Shown here: positions 1 through 9,856 of the stretch, one piece after another
How the letters are laid out: each line of letters opens with the position of its first letter
Position numbering within the stretch: the stretch's first letter is position 1
Origin: a bacterium
GTDB lineage: Bacteria > Hinthialibacterota > Hinthialibacteria > Hinthialibacterales > Hinthialibacteraceae
Assembly: GCA_963663405.2 (NCBI GenBank)
Contig: CAXXSM010000013.1
Coordinates: 1-23,527, forward strand
DNA length: 23,527 bases
Direction: 5' to 3'
Program-made: the position numbers and the translations under genes
Notes under the pieces: model-generated
What the model was told of the DNA's origin: nothing
Seen by the model: only the letters and a program-made list of their open reading frames with translations
Database searches by the model: none

Positions 1-392
1 TTAAAACGAACATTTTCTGTAAATTGCCGAATCAAGAAAACGCCCCGGCCATGCGTCTGGTGGAGATACGGTTCCTCACGTGGATCAATTAAGATCGACT
101 GATCGAATCCATCTCCTTCGTCACGGATGCTGACCACGATCCGGTCCTCATTGTAACTCGCCGTCACATGAATCTCTTTTTCCTCTTGATTCTCATTTCC
201 ATGAATGATTGCGTTAACAAGCGCTTCGTCCATTGCGAGACGAATACAAAAACAGCAATCGGAATCAAAACCCATCGATTCCGCTTTCTCGATGACGGCG
301 CATTCGGCGGTAAAAATATTTTCGACCTTGCTCTTGATCTTTAAAGAGACCATTTTCTCCATGAGTTGTTTCTGCTTTGGCTCAACGCACAT
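1..392 (-). CDS. RsbW/SpoIIAB-type anti-sigma factor / Ser kinase (HATPase_c_2), 3' end runs off the window
   Basis: Not in the ORF track. Manual translation from ATG 392: MCVEPKQKQLMEKMV...RLAMDEALVNAIIHGN (N box)...VSIRDEGDGFD (G1 box)...THGRGVFLIRQF (G2 box), open to the window edge. A downstream ATG (362 or 353) could be the start. Confidence 0.88.
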   Translation of the reverse strand, partial: MCVEPKQKQLMEKMVSLKIKSKVENIFTAECAVIEKAESMGFDSDCCFCIRLAMDEALVNAIIHGNENQEEKEIHVTASYNEDRIVVSIRDEGDGFDQSILIDPREEPYLHQTHGRGVFLIRQFTENVRF

Positions 393-440
393 ATAAAATG
401 GCTGACTATCGCATGACCGAAAGAAGCGCTATATGCTAAA

Positions 441-469
441 ATGGTAGAAGCGCAAGCGAATTTCGTCAA
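441..469 (-). promoter_or_regulatory. Sigma70-type promoter for the anti-sigma factor gene
   Basis: Minus strand TTGACG (469-464), 17 nt spacer, TACCAT (446-441), about 50 nt upstream of ATG 392. Confidence 0.6.
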
Positions 470-533
470 GTGAAAAAATCCTTCGCACAAACGGCTTTCC
501 TATATGGAACGGTTCAAGACAGGACGCGCCGTG

Positions 534-1591
534 TTAAAATTTCCCTTCCCGTTCCTCAAAATGTGTAGGTTTATTTAATGTGCTTCCATCGATCTTCACC
601 CAATGCGCGATCCATTCCATGACCCGGCCGAGAGGCGTGGTTGGATACCCAAACAACGTCATCGCCTGCGCCGCGTTGTTGAGCAGAGCCGTCCCGGATT
701 CCATCCCTTCAAAGACCGGCGTTTTCTCAAACAATTCTCCAAACCGGTTCGCGGCCCACCGGATCGAGACGATCTCCGGGCCAGTTAGATTTAAAATCTT
801 CGGCGGACTCTCACAGCAGTGAAAAGAACGGAGCGTCATCGCATTCGCGTCTCCCTGCCAAATCACATTCGCGTTGCCCATAGTAAGTGATACGGGAATT
901 CCATGAAAACTTTCAACGCGACATCCAACAAAACTCCATACCGCAGCTCCACCGCATAATTCAATCGCAGCAACACGGCGTGTGTGCCATGCTGGTTGGA
1001 TACATATTCAATCATCCGCTCCCGCCCCAACGCCGATTGCGCGTATTCCCCAACCGGATCGACCGGATCGCTTTCACACGAGCCTCCATCGAGCACGCGT
1101 GATAACGGATACACATTTCCTGTTGAAAACGAAACGATCCGGCTTTCATGAAATCGTTCAGCCACGAGACCCGGAAGATACGTATTCATCGCCCAAGTAT
1201 AATGCTCATCCCCTGTCGATCCAAACTTCCTCGCCGCCATATAAAGAATATTCGGCGCCTTCGGCAACGCCTCTAAAGAAGAGCGTTCCAGGAGATCGCA
1301 TCGGATCGTCTCGATCCCCACGACTCCAGCCGCTCTTTCAATTGGGGCGCCGAAAACCGCGCCACGCCAAGGACACGTTTCGAAACGCCAGCGGCCTCCA
1401 CGGCCCTCTTGGCCATCCGCGCCAAGGAAGGCCCATTTTTCCCCCACCCCCAAAAGCATCAGGTCTCCTTCCAGTTCCGCTATGGCTTGAATCACTTCAG
1501 GAGATGGACGTGAAAGAATTTCTTCCAGTTCTTCTTCGGTTTTTATTACATTTGGCAGAAGGTTAGTTGATACAACTTTCCCTTTCATCAT
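534..1591 (-). CDS. NAD-dependent epimerase/dehydratase (extended SDR), broken by apparent sequencing frameshifts
   Basis: ORFs 863-1591 and 534-881 are one gene. Restoring one base each at about 1441-1445, 1430-1434 and 1316-1319 gives the Rossmann segment LLGVGGKMGPSLARMAKRA...ESWGIETIRCDL. One more at 906-909 joins LKVFHGIPVSLTMGNANVIWQGDAN. Also FSTGNVY and RLNYA motifs; GAGG RBS upstream. Confidence 0.85.
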
Positions 1592-1872
1592 ATAATACCT
1601 CGGCTGTCAATCAGAATATACATTTTATTTTCAGATGAATCGGCGGCAAGTCGCAAACTCAATTATGTACAAATATATATAGAAGTCGAAAAACTTTATA
1701 CATTCAAGTATATATGAGTTTCGATTAACGGTCCGGTGTATGTAAATTCCGCGCAATCGTAAAGACCGCTTCCACTGATTGTAGGATCATTTGGGCGCCG
1801 CGTCACCATGTAAGAACTATAATTAAAAAACAAAATTTATCAATCACTATTAAGAAAAGGAGAAAAAAAACA

Positions 1873-3774
1873 GTGCTAAAGAATTTAAAGCTTGGGATTA
1901 AGATCGGTGGTGGATTTTCATTAGTGCTTATCCTGTTAGTTATCATGATCGGAATCGGGTATAACGCATTACAAAAGTCATCAACCGGTTTCACACAATA
2001 TCGTGAAATGGCGCGGGACGCCAATTTAATGGGAAACCTTCAAAGCAATATGTTGATGGTTCGTATGAACGTCAAAGATTATATTATTACGGGGAGTGAC
2101 AAAGATCGGCAGGAGTATAACGAATACGTACAAACAATTCATCAATTAATTGATACTGCAATTGAAAACATACAAAATCCCGAACGAGTGGCGAAAATTA
2201 ATGCCGTCGTAAATGCTTTAACAGAATATGAGAAAGGATTCAGCAAAGTCGTCGAATATAAAACACAGCGGAACAACGCAGTTAATAACATCCTGAATGT
2301 GCAGGGACCGTTTATGGAGAAAACATTCACGGAGATTATGGACTCCGCTTTTAATGACAAAGACACCGTAGCGGCCCACCATACGGGCTTGGCGATGAAA
2401 CATCTTCTACTTGCCCGGCTTTATGTATTAAAGTTTCTGGAATCGAATGAGCAGTCCGCGATCGATCGTGTAGATGAAGAATTCAACAAAATGCAGGAAC
2501 AGATCTCCACTTTAGACCAGGAACTCATAACGCGCAGAGACGTCAGCTGCTTTCAACTGTTATCACAGCGAAAGAAAAATATACATCCACTTTCAACCAA
2601 GTGACTCAATATATTCTCGAACGGAACAATATCATCCAAGGTACTCTTGACCGGATCGGACCGGAAATCGCCAAGAACCTGGAAGAGGTAAAACAGAGCA
2701 TCATCAGCGTGCAGGATGAATTAGGCCCCAGACTTGTCAAAGAGAATAGCGGGGCGATTTACATGCTTATCCTCGGAGGAATCATCGCGCTGATTTTAGG
2801 CATTCTCTGCTCCTACTTTATCACCCGGATCATAGTAAAACCCGTTGCTCTAAGCGTCACCCTGGCTCAATCTGTGGCGGATGGGGATTTCACGCAGCAA
2901 GTGGACATCGAGCAGAATGATGAAGTGGGAATTCTCGTCCGGGCGATTAACGCCATGTCAGATAAACTGTCCGACTCCATGAATGAGATCTCCAGAGCGG
3001 CGGAACAAGTCTCCTCGAGCAGCGAACAACTTTCCGCTTCTTCACAAAACCTGGCTAGCGCGACAACGGAACAGGCGGCCAATTTGGAAGAAACCTCCGC
3101 CTCGATCGAACAACTCACTTCTTCCATTGATCAGGTCACCAACAATGCGCAGCAAGCCAATCAAATCGCCCAGAAAACCTCCCGCGACGCCGAAAATGGC
3201 GGAGCCGCCGTCACGGAAACGGTCGACGCGATGCGTCAAATCACGGAACGGATCCAGGTGATCGATGACATCGCCGATCAAACCAACCTTTTGGCGCTTA
3301 ACGCGGCGATCGAAGCGGCCCGCGCCGGGAGATGGGGAAAGGATTCGCCGTCGTCGCCGTTGAAATTCGCAAACTGGCTGAACGGTCCCAACAGGCGGCC
3401 AAAGAAATCGGGGAATTGGCAGTTAGCAGCGTTGAAGGCGCCAATGAAGCGGGCCAACTCATCCAGAACATTGTGCCGGATATCCAAAAAACCGCCGATA
3501 TGGTACAGGAAATCACTCTGGCTTGCCAGGAACAGTCTTCCGGAACGGATCAGATCCGCCAAGCGATCACCACTCTCGATCAGGTAACCCAGCAAAATTC
3601 GCCACCTCAGAAGAGAGCGCGTCCGCCAGTGAAGAACTGGCCGCCCAGGCGCAAAGCTTGCAAGAACTGGTTTCTCAATTTAAAATCAGAGAGAAACAAT
3701 ACGAGAATCGGCCGATTGCTGTCCATCGCGGACTGCTTGCGCCGCACGAAGATTCCTCAAAATTAAAAAAATAG
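1873..3774 (+). CDS. Methyl-accepting chemotaxis protein (TM, large helical sensor domain, TM, HAMP, signalling domain), split by three apparent frameshifts
   Basis: AAGGAG RBS before GTG 1873; two TM segments; HAMP (GDFTQQV...DEVGILVRAINAM); hairpin-tip motif [40 protein letters not shown] continues across frames. Breaks at about 2526, 3327-3329 and 3600, each repaired by adding one base (about 634 aa). Confidence 0.92.
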
Positions 3775-3783
3775 AGGAATTTC

Positions 3784-3815
3784 AATCAATATAAGATACA
3801 ATTATCTTATTGATT
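3784..3815. repeat. AT-rich intergenic palindrome (operator or weak terminator)
   Basis: ATAAGATA (3791-3798) caat TATCTTAT (3803-3810), with outer AATCA/TGATT; lies between the chemoreceptor stop and the next start. Confidence 0.4.
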
Positions 3816-3842
3816 TTCAATTAAACGTCTTGGATATCCAAT

Positions 3843-5276
3843 GTGAAACACATTCTCCTGATCGGGGTTGGGCCTCTTCCTTGCTATGAATCAAACCACC
3901 TCTACGGATTCGGTATCCGCGCGTGGCAATTCGCTTTGCCCCTCTTAGCGGACGGGCATCGGATCACACTGGTCACCTGTGAATTCGGAGTCAGCCGCGA
4001 GAGTGACGTTAATATCAAATACCGGATCGATCCCGCCTCTCTCGGCCCGGTGGAACATATCGCCCTGCCCGAACCGTCCGCGAATAACATGCAATTGATC
4101 TTGACGCGGATCGAGGAGATCGTGAACACGCATAAACTGGACGCGATCGCCGCCGCCGGTTCCACGATCGCCACAAACCTGGCCTCTCTGATTCGAACGA
4201 ATCTTCCGGTCTGGATGGATATGTTCGGTGACCTCTTCGCGGAGGTGCAGGCCAAAGCCCCTTTCATCACCGATGACAGTCAAATTGAATTCTTCCACCG
4301 AACCCTGGTCCGCATTCTCCTTCGCGGAGACCGCTTCTCGACCGTTTCGGAAATCCAGAAGGGCGCGGCCGTCGGTCAAATGGGATTAATGGGACGGCTC
4401 AACCGGTACAACCTGGGCAAAGAACTGATCTGGTCGATTCCCTGCGCGATCGATGGAAATATCGCCCCGGTCAAACGGGAACCGATCCTTCGGGGGAAAA
4501 AGGTCAGCAAATCCGACTTCCTCTTGCTTTGCAGTGGTGGATTTAACACCTGGGCGGATGTGGAAACGCTCTTCGCCGGCATCGAAGGCGCCATGCGAAT
4601 CAATCCCCGCGTCCATTGCGTCGTCACGGGTGGGGAAATCGCCGGTCATCACGAAGCGGGATTCAACCGCTTCCGCAGCCTCGTCGCAAAAAGCACATAC
4701 GAATCCCAATTTCACCTGCTCGGTTGGCTCTCCAATCAGGATGTCGCCCAAGTCACCCTTGAATGTGACCTGGGCATGAACGTAGATCTCCCGATCTACG
4801 AATCCCTCTTAGGAAGCCGCAACCGTATGTTGTTCTGGATGCAGTGCAAACTACCCATCCTTACCACAGTCACCACTGAGATCTCCCGCATCCTGCAAGA
4901 GAACGGTCTGGCCCTCTGTGTTCCTACCGGCAGGCCCGAACAGATTACCACAAAGATCATCGACGCCGTTCAAAATCCCAGCGGCATGGCTGAGATTGCG
5001 CTTCAAGCGCAACGTTTTGTCCTCCAGCAATTCAGCTTCGAAGAAACGACCAAACCCCTCCGCGCCTGGGTGGAAAACCCCGAAAAAGCCCCGGACAACA
5101 ACGAGCGCGCCGCCCGCAAAAACCAACCTCTCAACTCGATCGATTCCCTCTGGCAAGAATGGGCAAACCCGGAAGAAGAAGATTCCGAAATGCCATCCCT
5201 CTCCCGCAGCCAAAAACCCGTCATCCACACCCGCCCCTACGGAAAACCCTGGTGGAACCGGCTGCTTGGGAAATAA
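3843..5276 (+). CDS. Glycosyltransferase, probably GT-B fold / GT4-like
   Basis: 477 aa ORF. N-terminal KHILLI...LLADGHRITLVT; C-domain LLCSGGFNTWAD, FHLLGWLS, CDLG...ESLLGSRNRMLFWMQCKLPILTT in typical GT-B order. Confidence 0.7.
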   Translation: MKHILLIGVGPLPCYESNHLYGFGIRAWQFALPLLADGHRITLVTCEFGVSRESDVNIKYRIDPASLGPVEHIALPEPSANNMQLILTRIEEIVNTHKLDAIAAAGSTIATNLASLIRTNLPVWMDMFGDLFAEVQAKAPFITDDSQIEFFHRTLVRILLRGDRFSTVSEIQKGAAVGQMGLMGRLNRYNLGKELIWSIPCAIDGNIAPVKREPILRGKKVSKSDFLLLCSGGFNTWADVETLFAGIEGAMRINPRVHCVVTGGEIAGHHEAGFNRFRSLVAKSTYESQFHLLGWLSNQDVAQVTLECDLGMNVDLPIYESLLGSRNRMLFWMQCKLPILTTVTTEISRILQENGLALCVPTGRPEQITTKIIDAVQNPSGMAEIALQAQRFVLQQFSFEETTKPLRAWVENPEKAPDNNERAARKNQPLNSIDSLWQEWANPEEEDSEMPSLSRSQKPVIHTRPYGKPWWNRLLGK

Positions 5277-7660
5277 TACTCTTTATCTTCTCCAATCATC
5301 CGCTTCACACCCTCCCGCGTAATCGGCGCGGGATGAAGGATGCCCTTCGCCCATGTCTCGTAATTCACTAATCGGTTTGGATCATCCGGACGCTCCGATT
5401 GCCCGATCGGCAATAGGGAACGCGCCGAATCCACATCATGGAGAGGAACCCACTGCGTGTAGGATTCCGCCGCTTGGGACAGGATCGTACCCCCGTCTAC
5501 GCAATATAAATCCGGACAGGTGATATCCCTCGCAGGATCAAGCGAAGGAAATCCATCCAGCGTTTCGAAATATCCCAAGACGCGACGCTTGACCTGCTCG
5601 CGGGCTTTCTCGTTCCAAAGCGATGGATCGCGTCCTAGGCGGTTCCGTATCGCGCTCCACGCGCCGGATAGAGTCGAATCGATATACTCGATCTCCTCAT
5701 CACTGAACGAGGCTTCCGAGTCGTCCTCCAATCTCCTATTTGCCGCTTTCAAGAAATAACACAATCCCGACAGTCCGCCACCATAGCGAAGAGCCAACCT
5801 TGTAGTCATCATCCGGAACATAGTCGGTACAGCGTTCGTCAACTCCGTCCCAGGGATTCGAAGATCCGACTTCGCGCCCTTCGAATACCAAGACTCTAAA
5901 TACTCCAAGGCTTGCGTTGTTTCATCTGATAGATCAACTTTCAATGTATCTCGCAGATGATAAGCGATCTTCAACAGATCCCGCTTCGCCGCATTGGTGG
6001 TATCGTAATGAATATCGAGCGCATCCTCCGGCGAAAATCGCTCCTTCGATTCCAGCCTTTGCCGAAGCCTGTACGAACGAACGGTGTCTCCCATTGAACC
6101 GGTCGAGTTTCCGATTGGTATCGTATACGACGACACGATCGGCCGGTGATTGCCGCTGAATAGATAACCTTTCTTTGGATTTATCACGTGTGGAAGCAGA
6201 TCGTGTGGAACAAATCCCTGCCAGTCATACGCGCTCGCCGATCCATCATGTGTCACCTGCCCTCCATCCAACGCATGAGACGATCGGATCGGGATCGCGC
6301 CCAGTGTCCGGTATCCAATATTCCCCTTCGAATCCCCAAACAGTACATTCGCGCTGGGGAAATACCATTCCGCCAATGCTTGGTCAAACTGATAGGCGTC
6401 TTTCGCCCGCATCATCTTCAATGCGCCCTGTACGGTCTCCTTTGTCCGCATACAGTTCGGTACACGCTTCAACGCGACTTCCTCTCCCCGCCGGACCGCG
6501 TGAGCGATCGAAGAGACGACTGGGCCTAAGTGTGTCTCCTTTAATTCGATCGTAACCGGATCGGCGCCCTTTACTTGAATCGTCTCTTTCCAGACATCCA
6601 TCTCGCGCCATTCCCCATCAAAGGAATATTGGTTCTTCCTCTCTGGATTCACCTTCAGAAAAAATTGATCCGCTTGATCGGCGCCCAACGCGGTCATTCC
6701 CCAAGCCACGTTCTCGTTCCATCCGATCAAAATCACTGGACTTCCCGCCACACCGATTCCCCGCGCGTTAAACGTTTTTCCAGCGAAATGGAACTCATAA
6801 AAGAGAGAGGGATTCCGCACAGGCGTTTGTGGATCACTGCAGAGAACCGCCGCCCCCGTCGTCGTTTTCTTTCCACCAACCACCCAGGCGTGACTGAACT
6901 TCGGCCCTTCTTCACTGGAGCCGTTATCCGGCTTCTTCTCATGCTCAGCCACAAATTCATTCACCCGTTTCAGCCACTCCTCATCGATATCCTCCGCCTG
7001 AATCACAGCGGCGGCATCGTCCGGCGGCAGCTTCTCCGGCGCGTCTCGGAGGAATTCTTCCATCATCCGGCTCTGAGCGCTTCCTTCTTCCCGGTTATGA
7101 TAGGCCAGTGTGTCATGCAATCCTTCTCCCGAAAAAAACCGGCCGATGTTCCACCACACAGCGATGCAATCCGCCGGCGTCCATGGTTCAGGCTTACAGC
7201 CCACTTTTTCAAAAAGATATAGAAGCTTCTCCGGATGTTTCTCAACAAAATCGTTTACCCCTTCGCAATACGCTGTCAGCAGACGTTTACTCTCTGGATC
7301 GAGATTCGACGCGGTTCGACGCGCCGCCCGGTAAAATCCAATGATCCGCATCTTTTTATCCAGCTCCACCGAAGTCCGTTTCTGGTTCTTCATTGGTATA
7401 TCCCCAACGAGTTCCGACAACCGTCCCTGTACAATCCGCAGCGACAGGATCATTTGGAAACAACGGTCCTCCGCCGTAGCGTATCCAAGTCCATAGAACG
7501 CCCCTTCATCGCTCTCTGCGAAAATGTGCGGAATTCCCCATGAGTCCCGCAGTGTCTCTATTTTTCCATAATCCGTATCGCGAATCGCTGATAAAACTGG
7601 CGTAGCAAGAAACGTGAGAAATAAGAACGTCCATCGTATACGCGAATGTATGCGAATCAT
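5237..7660 (-). CDS. Penicillin acylase family (Ntn hydrolase, S45) with signal peptide
   Basis: RDSWGIPHIFA and YGLGYATAEDR alpha-chain motifs; beta chain starts SHAWVVGG...SDPQ; IGWNENVAWGMT, ETHLGPV, SGNHR. Start placed at ATG 7660 after GGAGG; signal-like MIRIHSRIRWTFLFLTFLATPVLSA. Overlaps the convergent glycosyltransferase by 40 nt. Confidence 0.92.
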   Translation of the reverse strand: MIRIHSRIRWTFLFLTFLATPVLSAIRDTDYGKIETLRDSWGIPHIFAESDEGAFYGLGYATAEDRCFQMILSLRIVQGRLSELVGDIPMKNQKRTSVELDKKMRIIGFYRAARRTASNLDPESKRLLTAYCEGVNDFVEKHPEKLLYLFEKVGCKPEPWTPADCIAVWWNIGRFFSGEGLHDTLAYHNREEGSAQSRMMEEFLRDAPEKLPPDDAAAVIQAEDIDEEWLKRVNEFVAEHEKKPDNGSSEEGPKFSHAWVVGGKKTTTGAAVLCSDPQTPVRNPSLFYEFHFAGKTFNARGIGVAGSPVILIGWNENVAWGMTALGADQADQFFLKVNPERKNQYSFDGEWREMDVWKETIQVKGADPVTIELKETHLGPVVSSIAHAVRRGEEVALKRVPNCMRTKETVQGALKMMRAKDAYQFDQALAEWYFPSANVLFGDSKGNIGYRTLGAIPIRSSHALDGGQVTHDGSASAYDWQGFVPHDLLPHVINPKKGYLFSGNHRPIVSSYTIPIGNSTGSMGDTVRSYRLRQRLESKERFSPEDALDIHYDTTNAAKRDLLKIAYHLRDTLKVDLSDETTQALEYLESWYSKGAKSDLRIPGTELTNAVPTMFRMMTTRLALRYGGGLSGLCYFLKAANRRLEDDSEASFSDEEIEYIDSTLSGAWSAIRNRLGRDPSLWNEKAREQVKRRVLGYFETLDGFPSLDPARDITCPDLYCVDGGTILSQAAESYTQWVPLHDVDSARSLLPIGQSERPDDPNRLVNYETWAKGILHPAPITREGVKRMIGEDKEYYFPSSRFHQGFP

Positions 7661-7780
7661 AATAACCTCCAAATGACTTTTTTCTTATTCAGGATCACAA
7701 CAGGAAATCACGAAAATCCTGGACTATCCAGGGGAAATAGCAGGTAAGAATATAGCAGTGAATTGTTGAGGAATGAAAAT

Positions 7781-8230
7781 CTACCGGTTCTTTACCGTCC
7801 AAATATCTTCAAACTCATCCCATGAAGCGCGAATTTCATCCGGATTCTTGGGATCGTACGTCTCGGTTGGAAGGTTCGCCAGGTATGTGAATTCGGAAAG
7901 AGACATTTGCCCGTGCCAGACCATTGGAGGGATGATTAACAAGGAATCCTCTCCATGTTCGCCTAATACGGCCGTCTGATAGACGCCATTCGTCGGACTC
8001 TCCTTCCGGTCATCATAAAGGCCGATTTTCGATGTGCCACTGATCACATAAAAATAATCGGTCTGCCGTTCATGTTTATGCCAAGCTTTAATAATCCCTT
8101 TCCGCAAATAGGAAATATAAATCTGCCCGAATTGAATGTAATGATCATCATCATTCCGAAGGATCTCAACCAGATACCCCCGGTCATCAGCACGCCGTTT
8201 TAATGGAACAATCTTCACACCATCAATCAT
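7781..8230 (-). CDS. rfbC: dTDP-4-dehydrorhamnose 3,5-epimerase family protein (RmlC-like cupin)
   Basis: DDRGYLVE, GIIKAWHKH, DDRKESPTNG, IPPMVWHG motifs; 149 aa; divergent from rmlD. Confidence 0.8.
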   Translation of the reverse strand: MIDGVKIVPLKRRADDRGYLVEILRNDDDHYIQFGQIYISYLRKGIIKAWHKHERQTDYFYVISGTSKIGLYDDRKESPTNGVYQTAVLGEHGEDSLLIIPPMVWHGQMSLSEFTYLANLPTETYDPKNPDEIRASWDEFEDIWTVKNR

Positions 8231-8422
8231 ACGTCAAGTCCTCACACCAGAATTAAGTTACGCTTATCTTAGCAGGCGCCAGCAAACGAGCGAATCCCTG
8301 AATAGAGAATAAACAAGATAGAAACAATTATAGATTGATGATTGAAGGTAAAACTACTCACAGGATAATAACTTTGAAAGAACAGAAACGTATAATCGAT
8401 CCCCAAAAAAAGTAAACCGCCC

Positions 8423-8471
8423 GTCCCGTAGGGACATCACATACTAGCCCATCCTTTCAAGGGGGGTGGGC
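8423..8471. repeat. REP-like double palindrome
   Basis: GTCCC-GTA-GGGAC (8423-8435) followed by GCCCATCCTT-TC-AAGGGGGGTGGGC (8447-8471); GC-rich hairpins in an AT-rich spacer. Confidence 0.55.
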
Positions 8472-8755
8472 GCCTAAATCAGGATATCGTCTCGCAAAAA
8501 ACAGAAATATACAATCTCTTTTTCGTCTTTATTCCAGATACTCCCGCTGCTTTTTTATAAAGCTCCACAAAACGCTTCTCCCGCTCCCAGAGATTTTTAT
8601 ATTTTACATCCGCTATTTTCTTTGCTTCTTCCAACTTGCCCATAGTTCTCTTCCCCCTTTTTAATTAATCTATTATTAGTTATATCACTAAACCACGTTT
8701 CATCCTTATAGCAAGTCTACATCTTCAGATCTTAAAGATTCAAGAAAGCGGGCGC

Positions 8756-8842
8756 CCAGGGCAAGGCTTTTTTCTGCCCTGGCTACTTTCCGGAAATTAT
8801 GCAAGGGGAGAAAAAAACCTTCCCCTTGCTACCCAGCTACCC
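8756..8842. repeat. Paired hairpins forming a larger imperfect inverted repeat (REP/REPIN-like)
   Basis: CCAGGGCA..TGCCCTGG (8756-8782) and GCAAGGGGA..TCCCCTTGC (8801-8829) around the palindrome TTTCCGGAAA (8787-8796); GTAG abuts each stem on the minus strand. Confidence 0.6.
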
Positions 8843-8976
8843 TGTGCGATCGTAAACTTCGTTTTTCATTACCAGAAACCAGCCCATTGAAAGCAAACCT
8901 CCCCCCAAACTATCCTTCCATCTATGATGTACTTCCCTATACTTTACCGTTTCAAGAATCAATGAAGGAGAAATCA

Positions 8977-9837
8977 ATGCGTGTATTAATCATCGGCGCG
9001 CGGGGTCAATTGGGCACAGACCTGGTCACCGCTTTTTCGGACCATCAGGTCACACCCTACACTTCCGAAGACCTGAATATAATCGACGAAGATTCCGTCC
9101 AGCAACAAGTCGCATTCTCTGCGCCGGATCTGGTCATCAACGCCGCCGCCTTCACCCGCGTCGACGAGTGCGAGCGCGAGCATATTCGCGCGTTTCAAAT
9201 CAACGCCCTCGGCCCCCGCAACCTCGCGGTGGCTTGTAAACGCTGGGATATCCCCATTGTTCATATCAGCACCAATTACGTCTTTGACGGAACAAAAGAA
9301 ACCGCCTACATCGAAGAAGATCCCGCCGCCCCCGTCAACGCGTACGGCGTCTCCAAACTCGCCGGGGAATGGTATCTCCAATACACATGGGAAAAATTTT
9401 ACATCTGCCGGGTTTCCGGACTCTTCGGCCTGACGCCAAGCCGTATGAAAGGCACGAATTTCATCGAAGCCATGCTGCGCCTCGGATCGAAGGGAAACCC
9501 GCTTCGCATCGTATGCGATGAATCCCTTACGCCCACATACACGCGCGACGCCGCCGCCTGTATCCGCAAACTAATCGATACAGAAAAGTACGGCGTCTAT
9601 CATCTCTCAAATCAGGGATGCTGCACATGGTTTGAATTCGCCGAGGAAATATTCAAGCAAGCAAAGATGAACGTCCAGCTCGAACCCGTCACTGCCAAAG
9701 AATACGGCGCGCCGGCGAAAAGACCCCGCAACTCATGCCTGGAAAACAAAAATCTTGCGAAACTGAATATCGACCCCAAGCGGCACTGGAAAGACGCCGT
9801 GTGCGAATACTTGAAAGAGAGAACGCCTCTCGAATAA
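8977..9837 (+). CDS. rfbD: dTDP-4-dehydrorhamnose reductase (RmlD)
   Basis: MRVLIIGARGQLG, NAAAFTRVDECE, HISTNYVFDG, YGVSKLAGE (YxxxK), AKRPRNS. Start moved to ATG 8977 after AAGGAG. Confidence 0.95.
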   Translation: MRVLIIGARGQLGTDLVTAFSDHQVTPYTSEDLNIIDEDSVQQQVAFSAPDLVINAAAFTRVDECEREHIRAFQINALGPRNLAVACKRWDIPIVHISTNYVFDGTKETAYIEEDPAAPVNAYGVSKLAGEWYLQYTWEKFYICRVSGLFGLTPSRMKGTNFIEAMLRLGSKGNPLRIVCDESLTPTYTRDAAACIRKLIDTEKYGVYHLSNQGCCTWFEFAEEIFKQAKMNVQLEPVTAKEYGAPAKRPRNSCLENKNLAKLNIDPKRHWKDAVCEYLKERTPLE

Positions 9838-9856
9838 CGATCCTGCGGAGAACATT

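Noticed and set aside
1600-1870. c-di-GMP riboswitch or sigma28 promoter before the chemoreceptor; imperfect repeat CAA.TATATAT.....TCGA at 1670 and 1705
   Set aside because: No recognisable riboswitch motifs, spacing does not fit sigma28, and the repeat is only 14/20 in low-complexity DNA.
3835-3850. Second parS candidate TATCCAATGTGAAACA
   Set aside because: Only the right half matches; the left arm is too degenerate.
8822-8847. JUMPStart-like text on the minus strand (GCACAGGGTAGCTGGGTAGCAAGGGG) upstream of rmlC
   Set aside because: Lacks the ops core GGCGGTAG, lies about 600 bp from the gene, and is explained by the palindromic element.
8231-8976. CRISPR array or hidden small gene in the long rml spacer
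   Set aside because: No regularly spaced direct repeats and no convincing ORF with an RBS.
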